Notes under the pieces: generated by a model
What the model saw: only the letters and a program-made list of their open reading frames with translations
Databases searched by the model: none
What the model was told of the DNA's origin: nothing
Program-made: the position numbers and the translations under genes
In this document: positions 1 through 11,697 of the stretch, piece by piece
Layout: each line of letters opens with the position of its first letter
How positions within the stretch are numbered: the stretch's first letter is position 1
Assembly: GCA_000165425.1 (NCBI GenBank)
Contig: CT868318.1
Coordinates: 337,067 to 401,066 of the forward strand
Direction: 5' to 3'
Origin: Paramecium tetraurelia
Taxonomy: Eukaryota
Length of the DNA stretch: 64,000 nt

Positions 1-155
1 TAGATTTTTCAATGTATTTTTAACTTCCTAATCTGATACCTAATTATCAAGTCACCTTAACAGAATTAATTTTCTTTAAATTTAAATAATAATATGGTGT
101 CATTAATTGGTCATTAATTTGATTAATTGATTTCATTATTATTTTTTATAAATAT

Positions 156-2041
156 ATGATAAAGAAATAAATAAGCTCGATCTAATAGGTTGTTAAGACA
201 GGAACTTAGATTGTGGAATATTCCTGGTTTTAGCATCATCAAGTTTTCAGTGAGCCTCCTATAAGCAACTGGAAATAGACAATAATGGATAATTTTGAAT
301 GGTTCCTCATTCTTATGGTTCTGGTCTATTGTGTGACATTCATCTTCATGTACAAGAATTTTAGTTAAAAATCTCATAAAATAATTGTGAACGTCAGAAA
401 AGAGAGTGCAACAAGTGATGAATTGCAAAAGTAATACGTGTATACTAAAGATGTAGTTCGGTTCGTCTAGGCACTGAGCAAAATGAAAAACAAAAAAAAG
501 ACTAAACTTCTAGTACGGAATCATCACCTAGAAATATTTAAAATAAACCTAAAAATAATACACTTGTGTTGACTGATCAAGCTTTTAATTTAAAAGGGAA
601 TAAAGTGTCTGAATCAAGAGAAAAAATCATCTCGTGGGAAAGACATTAAGAGGAGAATATGATAACTTAGATAGAAACAAAGAAAGTGCGAATTAAAGCA
701 AGTGATGACCATTTACAATTTGTGACTTCCCAGTTTGGAGATTTGAATTAGAAAAATGCTAAAGGTGTACACATGATAGAATAGGATAATGGAGATGGAA
801 AGGCAGAGAGAATTATTCACATTCTTACAGATTGGAGCAGATATTGTGAAACTGGAAAGTTCCAGAAATTGTACACTCTTCCTAAACTTATTGGCAAAGG
901 GGCGTTTGGAGAAGTCTACAAATCTCAAAAAATCATTGATCTCAAAGAATATGCAGTCAAAAGAATCTATTTTAAAGTCTAAAATGAAAAAACCTTAAGA
1001 GATCATCCAATTTTTAGAGAAATTGGATCACTCTAAGAAATTAATCACAAAAATGTAGTTAGATATTATACTAGTTGGATTGAAGAGTTAACTAAAGACA
1101 ATTTAGCAGACATTGCTAAATTACATAAAATTGTAGATGATCAAAAATAGGCCAAATTAAATGAGGTATAGAATTCATATTAACCTCAATTGATGGATGA
1201 CATGTCTTCTATAAATAATTATGTTTAATTTATTGGAGGAAATGATGCAGATAATGAATAATAAATCTAGACTATTTCAAAACAATCCAAAAATTTGGTT
1301 AGTTTTCATTTATCAGATTGCAGCAGTCATATTCAATCTCAAATGCGCAGATATCACTTTAATCCAAATTAAAAAGATGAATAATACTAATTGTTTACCT
1401 TATACATTGAAGTAATTGCTAATCTTAATAAAATTAGATGGAATTGTGTGATTATACATTGAGAGATTTCATTGATAAGGTTGATAGAAAAAAAGATTAT
1501 CCTCTTATTAAATCCATATTTATCTAAATACTGGAAGGAATCATATATATGCATACTAACCAATATATTCATCGAGATTTAAAGTAACTTATTTAATCTA
1601 AACATTAGACCACAGAATATATTTATTAATTCGAAGAATGAAGTCAAAATTGGAGATCTTGGACTTTGCAATTCTTTAATTATTAAAATGGATGACGAGT
1701 TCACTTCTAGTTCTGGTGAATACACGAACAATGTTGGAACTCCTTTGTATATGGCTCCGGAAGTCAAAGACGATCTTTACGGTTCAGCAGCTGATATATA
1801 CCCTTTAGGAATAATATTATTTGAGATGTTGTGGGAGATAAAGACTCACTATGAGAAAAATAGGTAAACATTTATAATTTAATTTAGATTGATACAATCT
1901 CTTACCAAAGATTCTATTTTACCTCCTGATTTATTTAAGAATCATCCTGTTGAAGCAGAATTGATTCTTAAGATGGTTAGTAAGAATCCAAACAAACGGC
2001 CAACTGCTCAATAGGTTTTAGATTCTCTAAACAAATAATGA
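156..2041 (+). CDS. eIF2-alpha kinase (PEK/GCN2-PERK family) with an N-terminal transmembrane helix
   Basis: ATG 156. Hydrophobic helix FEWFLILMVLVYCVTFIFMY (~294-353). Kinase motifs IGKGAFGEVYK, YAVKRI, VRYYTSWIEE followed by an insert, LYIE/MELCD, IHRDL, KIGDLG, GTPLYMAPE. Short introns near 431, 1412, 1584 and 1864. TGA 2039-2041. Confidence 0.85.
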
Positions 2042-2056
2042 AAATATATGACACTA

Positions 2057-5000
2057 TCACAAATCTTTTAATAATTTATCAACGTATTCCCAATTATACA
2101 ATTTATTTCCATTCACATATTCCCCTGTCATAATGGTTAAACTGTCAAAGTATTATTGAAACACTTCAATCCATTTACCATTTTTCATCCCATTAACCAA
2201 ATAAGATCCACCACCACTTTAGTCATAAAATTTCTAAATACATCTCTTCTTAATGCATAATCGACCATGAACCTACTCTAGTATTATTTTTGTATTCCCC
2301 TATGTATTTCAATATTCTATAAATAAAAGAGACCAAAGTAATACATTAGATTGCAATATCCAATATGTGGCACTATTTCTATCCACCCATCAACCTTTAT
2401 TCCTTTTGAGGTGTATCTACCCCCACCGCTTAAATTTCATTTTTATATTTACTTAATTGTGCTAGATCCATGTTGAGTAATCTGCCATTCTCCAGTTCGT
2501 ATTCCATCATCATAATTTCCAAAATATTTAAGAATTCTTTTTTTTATAATTATAATTACATTGAGCAACCTCCTCCAACTCTTACATCCACATCAATCCA
2601 TTTACCCATCTTCGTTCCAAAATCACTATATTATCCTCCCCCACTTTATATTAATGAAATATCATTACATAAATTCTCCACCTACTTTTGTTATTGCCCA
2701 TTTTCCTTATCTTACTCCATTCGAATATAATCCATTGTATTAAAGAACGACTTCAGAGTTATAGCCAATGTAACATATCACCTCTTACCATTAGCCTTCC
2801 TTAATTCCGCTCAATGAATAACTGCCTCCTCCACTTTAAATTTATAATGACAATTACATTAACTCTTTATTTACTTTTTCAATATTCCATCTGCCAACCC
2901 TAACTCCATGATTGTATTCCCCTATATGTAACAAGGTAATTGTATCCTCAATCCCATCATGAGCTGAAATTTCTACCCATTCACCATCCTTGCTTCCTGA
3001 TTTTGTATAGAAGCCAGAAGAACTTAATCAAAGGAATATTAATTACACAACTTCCCTCTGTTCATTTTAAACCACCCAATTGCCTGTTCTGATTCCACTT
3101 CTATACTCGCCTATATGAAATAGAGTCCTAAAATAAATCATAGAATTTACAAGTATTTTCCAACTCCAACATGCACTTCTACTTCCTTCCATCCACCCTC
3201 TTTAAATCCATACTTATTATAACATCCTCCTCCTAATTAATTCCCTTTATACAATTTAGTAATCCATAATCCTGATCTCTTACCACTACTGTATTCACCC
3301 TCTGAAATAATAATCCTTTTCGATAGTTTATATGCTTACACAAAACATCTCCATCCAACTTGCATCTCTACTTCAACCCAATCAGATTCCTTCTCCCCTT
3401 ATCTAGAATATAATCCTCCTCCACTAATAAAAAGATGTTTATTTTATTTTACATTACTCCTTCTTATTACTCTGATATCACCCATTTACCTATCCTTTTA
3501 TCAAGATTATAATCTCCAGTGTATATTAAAGTTCTAAAATCAAATCCTTATTTATACTTTGTACTATAATAGCCACAATAGATTTCAACATCTGTCCATT
3601 TCCCATCTTTCTAATCTTAGATGTAATTCCCTCCACCTATTATAGTATCAGATCCCTCTTTGTAAATGTTCCAGACTCCAATTTTCTGTCCCTTTTTATA
3701 TTCTCCTTTGTGTAATAAAATCCTAAAATTATTAATCCATTAATAACTATGAACTTCGCCATCCAATACAAATTTCTACTTCAGTCCAAACTCCTTTTTT
3801 ATATCCTTTGCACAAACCTCCTCCAATCTAATTTCTACAAATATCCAACACTCGCCAATTCCCTTGTCTTAATCCTGCCTTGTAATCTCCAACATGCAAT
3901 AAAATTCTAAATTACAGTATCAAATACATAGAAGATCCAACCCCAACATGAACTTCAACTTCCGTCCACAATCCTTCTTTTAAACCAATCTATGAGTAAT
4001 TACCTCCACCACTTCCTTTTTATATCATATACTTACATTTATCCAGAATTTAATTCCGATATCAACCACAGTCCGACTTTTACTCCATTAACATATTCAC
4101 CCTGGCTTAAAATTCCCATCGAACACCAGAATCCAGCATAGCCTTCAACATCTGTCCAAAGACCATGTTTTAAACCTTGCAAATATGCTCCGCCTCCTCT
4201 GATATTTAGTATCATACTTACACCTATCCTCTATTTCCAAAGATCGTAGCCCATTCACCATGTCTTACTCCATTCACATACTCTCCTTTATGAATAACAA
4301 TACTAATTAATTTTCAATTATACATCCTTCCCCACTTGCCTATAAATACTTCAGGCTCGACCCACAATCCAATCTTCTATCCTCCTTCAAATTGACCTCC
4401 TCCGATGACTGATTAATCCTAATTGTAATAAAACCAATTGTTGACTCTTAGACCTTAATGATACTATCCTCGAAATGTTCTTTTATATTATGTAAGTGTC
4501 TTACATACTAAAATCCCTGTTATGATTATAGTAGAGAACTTCCGACCACATGCCAGATCTAAGTCCATTATCATATTGGCCTATCTTATTTAAGCGTCCA
4601 TTCGTTAACAAGTAGCAGATACCAATATTATTTTAATTGTATTCTTTTACAGCCAATGTATACTCTCCTTCTTGAAATTCTTTTAATTTAATTCCCAAGG
4701 CTATTTCATCAAGAGGATAAATAGTAAATTTTGATGCTTGTTCAAGCACTGATTTGGAATACTAAAGCAATTGATTGATTTGGCTTTGCTTGTGATCTGC
4801 CATCTATTGTAACTTTTCAGGCATCATAAGTTATATCACTCTATCCAAATGTTCATTTGACAATGAAGTTGTGAATGATTAGCTCTAGAATCCATCAATT
4901 AGATAATCAAACAACTCCAATTCTTTGAATATTTAATCCTGGATTACATCTGAAGCTCGTTGTACAGAGTTGATAACATCTCTTATTTTCTTAACCAGCA

Positions 5001-5250
5001 ACTTTGATGCCTCGTCTAATTAAATAATTGCATCTGAAAACTTCATTTCCACAATGTCTCTTATTTTCTTTTTAGCTGATACAACAGTGTCTTCTAATTC
5101 GCTAACACTGATGCAACATTCAGTGTGAGATTTATGATGAGAACTTAAACACTTTTGACATCCCCACTTTTATTAGCATCGAGGATGGAGACAAAATAAA
5201 GTTATCTCTCTTTCGAAATGGTTCTTCTCTTTGCATTTTGGAGCATTCAT
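2057..5250 (-). CDS. B-box-like zinc finger + coiled coil + many GGGxY..GxKxGxWxE repeats (MORN-variant-like, Paramecium-expanded type)
   Basis: Starts MNAPKCKEKNHFEREITLFCLHPRCQQKWGCQKCLSSHHKSH. Helical region follows, then recurring GGG-Y / G-K-G-W repeats broken by many tiny introns. Ends GEYVNGNKLYNWEYVDKLLKDL*. Confidence 0.7.
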
Positions 5251-5571
5251 CTTATTTAGTTAATTTCTGAATTAAAAATTTATTCTTAAAAATCAATAAC
5301 AATAATATTCTTACAAATCCCTTGTTCTCTTTATTATAGTGAATAAGAAATAATTTGAATCTTGATTTTAGAAATAAATCAACTTTATATTTATAAATTG
5401 TTTTAATAGATTGAATTTATAACAAAAAAATAATGATTTGATTGTCAACATGATCTCTATCTGAATAGAAATAGAAGAAATATTTGATTAAATTATATTT
5501 TAACAACATTATAAATTGCTGTTGTAATATTTTTATTTTTTGAACACTATTTAGTTTAAACTATCAGTTAT

Positions 5572-6060
5572 ATGAGTTAATAATGTAAAAGTTATTGAAT
5601 GTTTTATATTTGTATAGCTAAGTTAGTCTACACATCATTGTTATTATCATCAATGGTGCTAGCTTATGACACTATTTTAAATGTAAACTGGCTTTCCAAA
5701 ATCAAAAGTGAATTAAAAATCCTATTATAAGGTAAAATTTACATTTATAACCTCATTTCAAGGCTGAGCTATCAAGTTTTAATATTCGATAACATAATAT
5801 ACACCTAACAAATAATGGATAACGTTAGATATTAAATTGAATAAATGAACTTAATATAAGGCTTGCTTACAAGATAAAACATAGATTTTAACTATTTAAA
5901 TTACCTTCCTTATAAAAAGATATGATGTAATTGAAATCTCCAACAAAAATTAGGAAATTAGAAAATTAACAATTTCCAAATTATACTTTATATTAGCTCT
6001 TCAAAAAAGGTTAAATTATTGGATAATATGGAATTCTGACTCAATTTGTAAATAAGATGA
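5572..6060 (+). other. possible small or decayed gene with a hydrophobic N-terminus
   Basis: MSQQCKTKLVYTSLLLSSMVLAYD after removing a 27-nt intron (5591-5617). No consistent frame beyond ~5760. Confidence 0.25.
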
Positions 6061-6183
6061 TATTAATGCTCAAAAGTTATTCTACTAAAATAGTGCTAAG
6101 AAGTAAAGTGTATTAATATGTATTCAATAGAATCTATTAAAGTTTTTAATAAAAAATTTATTAAAGAATAAATAATTAAAAAA

Positions 6184-9100
6184 ATGTTAAATGCTGACTA
6201 CATTTAGGCTTTGGCTTTACAATTTTCCATCAATGCAGAATAATTTATACTGTACGATTAACATAGGGATCCAATTTAGAAACAATTCATTTGTTAATAT
6301 TGGTTAAGAGGTACTTGCTGTTTCACTCCAGGTATAAGTTTATGAAATATTTAGACTTTTGCCATTTTGCCCATGGAATCTAATATTTAGAATATAAAAT
6401 AGATTCATTAACAAATTTAAAACCTTTACCCAGCTTAGAGGATGTTAAATTGAAATATAGAATTGATGGTTTCCCAAAATAATATTTTGTGGTTGAGAAA
6501 TTTTAATCACATCCAAAAGTCAAGGAAGAATTGAAATAATATCATGAATATATTGGAAAATATTATGATCCAGATAAAGTTTACACTCTAAGAGAGATTA
6601 AGTTTGAAAGATCAATCAAACCAATTATTCTTAATACTATGTATTTGTTGGAAATTTAAAACTTTTATGAAAAAATCTTGGAGATGTTACAAGTTAAAAT
6701 CATTCCCAGAGCTGTGTTCATTCATGAATTAAACAGAGTTGGGTACTCATTTATGGGTAAGACTTTCATAATATTGTACTCTAGGAAGTCATTTTGCGAG
6801 GCCCAAGACCCTAATATTCCATTTATAGAATAGTGGTTCATGTTTTTCCAAGACTCTTAGAACAAGTATAGTGATAACTGGATATGATGAATCAATTTTG
6901 AGAAAATAAAATTCTTTGAAAGTCCTTAAATAGGGGGTGGTTAAGCAATAAAATATAGAATAAAACGAGAATTAGGATGACGCGAATAAGGAAGATAATG
7001 ATGACTAAGATGACGAGGAGGATGATGAAATGATAGGATTGGAAGATCCATTAGAAACTTAGGAGGGCGAAAAAGATATTATTTTTCTAATTAAGGTTGA
7101 TGATAAAAAAGAATTGATAAAATCTTTTGCTTAAAAATTATCGGAAATTTTAACAGCATAACCAAAATTAGCAAAACTTACAGATATGGATGATTTCTAA
7201 TTAGCCATAGATGAGATAATTAAAGAAGAAAATCAGAAAAACTTCCAAAATTAATAGTCAATTTTCCCAAATTTGCATCAGATTTTGACAATATAGAATT
7301 AAATTTGGGATGAATTTGCTGAAGAACATGGATTTCAACTAATAAAATTTACAAACTCAAGAGATTCAGGAATACCAATAAGTTCAATAGTTAAATTTTT
7401 CACTCCTGAACAGAAATTGGAATTAACTAATTATCTATAGAAACCTAAAATTAAATATTTTCTATGTTAATATTGGATGAGAGGTATTTGCATTTTTCAA
7501 AAGAAAGATTGCAGATTTGCTCATGGTTTAGAAGATTTGGAGTTAAATTTTGATATTGCAAGAGATTTTGAAAATTTGAACTAAGAGCAAAAGCCATTAA
7601 GATATAATTAGAAGCCATTGATTAATCATAGAACTTATTAAATTTTATTTTTGTAACAATATAAAATGATTGATTATGGAGCTTTGGGATTACATCAAAA
7701 GAAAAATATTTTTTAAATTGATAATTTGAAGGAATATAGAGATAAAATAAGAGAATTTATATAAAGAGAAATGATACTAAATTTATATAAAAAGATCTCT
7801 AATGGTAAACCATAAAACAAAGGGGAAATTATGAAGTATTACAATCTGGTTGGTTTTATCTAGAGAGGAATTGATCTGTCAGAATTGAAGATAATTAAGC
7901 TATTAATTAATAATGATGCAGTTTTTGAGAAAGAATCTATTGTAAAAGTGCATCAGATTGAATAGGATGGTTTGAGTAAGAAGGAGAAAAAGAAGGTTAC
8001 TTAAAAACAGATTCTATTAATTCCCGTATTGGATTATAGTATTTATAACACATTTTATGAATCTATTATTCTCTAAGCTTTGATAATAGTTTTGAAGAAT
8101 AAAGTGGAATTGCCAGTCGAAGAGAGTATTGTAAAGAAGGAAATCTATAAATTGGATTAAGTATTAGAAATGCCAGGACTTTATCAATTTTTCCTCAGGC
8201 ATCCAAAAAAGAAATATACATTGATTGATTACTTTTAAGAAAATATCTTAGGGTAAGTTAAGAATAAATTGAAAGATTAAATTCATCCAGAAGTATTTGA
8301 GTAAATATCTGAAGATGGATTTAATTTGATTTAATTTGAGGCTGACATTCCTTAATTGATGGCAATAATTTAAGCGATTTACGGAAATACCTTAAGTCAT
8401 AATCAAATTCCAATAAATTTTGATAAATTGATCAAGTAAATAGAAATGAAAGCAAGTGATAATGATAAATACAATTGTTTAGTAAATTATTTGCATAAGG
8501 ATAAATTACATAAATTTTTCAGTATTAATGGGAGTCTTTATGCAATCAACTAGCATGGAAAGGTAGCAGATAAGATTAAGAAATGCAAATGTGGAAAGCA
8601 ATATCAAGCACCTGCAAAAATAAAATAAATCAATGATAATATGCTGATACAAAAAATAATGGAAATATAAGAATTTATTGATAAAGAAGTTAGAAACACT
8701 ATAGTTGTGGATTCAGCAGAAAAATTACTATTGGTGCAAGATTTCATGTCCTTCGATGTTAATTACATTGGTATAGACTTAGAAGGATAATTAAGAAAGG
8801 GAGATATTTGGTTAGTTTAGATGGGTGTAATGGTTGAAAATTTGAGAATCATTTTCATTTTTGATCTAATGAAAGCTAAGTATTTGGAAGCCGATTTAGT
8901 ATTTCATGAATAGATGTTGAGTGTGATTAGATCGATTTTAGAAGATGAGGGGATTTGCAAAGTATTTCATGATTGTAAAAGAGACAGTTAAGCACTGCAT
9001 ATCAATCAAATATGTCCAAGGAACATTGCAGATACAAGTAGTACATATATATTTTTGGAATCTCTGAAACTGAATGATTAGGAATAGAAAAAAGTTAAAA

Positions 9101-9451
9101 AGAAGTAAGATAATAGATTACTATTATAGTCCCGTTTAAATATCCAAAGAAGTGTTATAAGTAGCAACTCCACCAATAAATAGTGTATTAACTAAATATG
9201 GAGCTATGCATGGAGGAAATGAATTAAAAGAAGAAATGCATGCAAAATTCAATAATTGCAAGGCAGACGATTTCTTTGCTCGTCCAAATCCAGCCTTCAT
9301 GTATTACAGTGCTAGGGATGTGGAAGATCTTGTTTAAGTTTATTTGCAGATGGAAATGCTAGCTTTGGAATATAGATACATTATTGAGAAAATGAGTAAC
9401 AAAAATAAAGAGTATTTTCTTAAGAGTCAGGATAAAATTTAGGATAAGTGA
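6184..9451 (+). CDS. two CCCH zinc fingers + C-terminal EXD1/Egalitarian-like DEDDy 3'-5' exonuclease
   Basis: ZF1 CQYWLRGTCCFHSRLCHFAHG (spliced) and ZF2 CQYWMRGICIFQKKDCRFAHG (~7465-7527). ExoI IGIDLEG (~8767), ExoII KVFHDCKRD (~8960), ExoIII YYSARD (~9302). A 25-nt intron (9105-9129) restores the frame. Confidence 0.85.
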
Positions 9452-9492
9452 TTTGTAGATATTTATATATAATAATATATAAATTAATTAGA

Positions 9493-10767
9493 ATGTTACC
9501 TAAAATGTTAGGTAATATTTAAATTTGATCATTAGATGCCTCCTTCTTGTATGGAGAGAAAAGATTTTTAAAGAAACTAAATAGACAATTAGATGAGAAG
9601 TATTATGTTATTGATTAGTAATGAGATTAATTAAAATCAAGAAATGACATTTGAGGAGGTATTATCTTCCAATATAGATTGTCGAGAGAAGATAGAAAAG
9701 TTAGTCTCTGATCCCAATTTATAAAATGATTTTCTTATTAAAGCACACAATATAAACAAAGATTTAAAAGACTTCTATTATTTGCCTTTAGTTGCATTAA
9801 CTTTAGATCCTCCCAGTTATTATCCGGTAGATACAATTGATATTGAAACTATCTTTTAACACTTTGGATAGGTAATAAACTATTTAATTATACAAGATTC
9901 TTAAAGTTATCAATAAAGATAAAATAGCTTATATCTTAATGAGAAGCATAGTTGAATGTTGGATTGGAGTTAAACTTCTCAATAACACTCCGATTGAATT
10001 GCCTGGTAAATTTGGAACCAATTAGATCCATACTCTTAAAGTGCAATTATGTTTTGAAGATTCCTCTGTACATCACATTTATCAATTTAATCATCGAAAT
10101 CTAACTGAACAAGGATTGACTATATAGAAGGTAAGAAGCATCAAATTTTAGGAAGACTCCAGATTTATTCGATAATTTAGAAAAAGACTACAAATATATA
10201 TCCATCTTTGAAATTGATGTAGATGTGTTTTAGAAAGATTTCAATATCAAGCAAAGAATATTGGGGTTGAAGGGTTCAAATATAATCAGAATATTGTATT
10301 TAGTGGAAAAAGCATTTGCATTTTAAAGCAAAGAAAATGCAAGTACTAGATAAGAGTTGGATGTTAAATTGTTGGTTGATGACTGTAATTACTTATTTTA
10401 TATAGAGAATCTGAAAATTAGTTGATTTTGCTTGGCAACTAATGGAATAAATTTGTATTAGGTTAAAAATATGCTAATGAATTATTTGCTTAAATCAAGG
10501 AAGAGTTCAAATTTTTCTAAGATTTCCAACTCTAAGGATTAAAAGAGTCCAGAGTTAGACGAATAGATAAATTTGTTCAACCTGTAGAGGTTTAATATTC
10601 ATATGATGCAGATGTCTGATTAATTTTTTGAGTATTCTTCGTTAATATTAAATTATTTTATATTTATTTTCTAAAAAATTAAATCTTCCCCTAAAAATTT
10701 GCATAAATCAAAGTTTAACAACATACTAAGATCCTCACACTTATACTATCATAACATATAGAGATGA
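9493..10767 (+). CDS. hypothetical protein
   Basis: ATG 9493 and coding-like exons separated by ~25-nt introns (near 9512, 9601, 9872, 10131, 10385). 3' end uncertain. Confidence 0.55.
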
Positions 10768-10809
10768 GAGAATTATAAGGTTGAGGATCATTGAGAATCA
10801 GGTTTATAA

Positions 10810-11168
10810 TCAATCTTATTAGATCATTTGTAATTCAAATAATAATTTTAATATAAATTTCATTTATCTCTTGGAGGACTTCCGAATGTTTTTTTTCGAT
10901 AAACTTGCAAATTTTGAACTTCTTAACATAATTACTAATATTCCATTTTGATGAATTTTATCATTTCTTCTTTAGAGAACTAATTCTATGAATTACTATT
11001 TATATCACTTATTTTCTATCCTGATTCCCCTTTGTCATTTACAAGCTCTTTTATTTAGTTCAAGATTCGAGTTAATCTCTTCTAATTATCACCTAAATTA
11101 GCTCTTTTGTTCATTTAAAATAATTGTAATTATCTCTGGCAATGGTTTTAAGAATTAATTTTCCTCAT
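10810..11168 (-). CDS. small hypothetical protein
   Basis: MRKINSQNHCQRQLQLFQMNKRANLG...KEEMIKFIKMEY, probably with one intron. End uncertain. Confidence 0.35.
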
Positions 11169-11697
11169 AATATTTTGATTTTAATAATTTGAGTTGATCA
11201 TAAAACCGATTAAATTAAATATCAATATTCTTAGAAATAGTCATTTGATCTATCCATATATTATAATAATTATTAAATCCATTATATAATTTAAATGTCC
11301 TTGTTTATATATTGATTATTAAAAATATTATTATTTCAAATTGAAGTGATAAGTAATTTTATTTTATGAATAATACTATTTAAATTATTTCATTTTATAT
11401 TTGTTTTGAATCCCTCTTATAAATTATCTTAGATGTTTATTTACATAATTTAATTTTATACTAAGTTAATTTCAAAGCAGAATGAGAAGAATTCATGTAA
11501 CATATTATCCTAACAATATGAAAATAAATTTTATTTTTATTATTCTATACGGTCCTAATTATAAAATCATTCTCTAAAGTATGTAGAGATTGTCTCTTTA
11601 TTAGCTTAACTTTCATTGATAAAAGTTAAAAAAAAACTTTAGGCTCATGATTATACTTTTTAGATGACAAGGTGTAGCATTTAATAATTTATATAAA

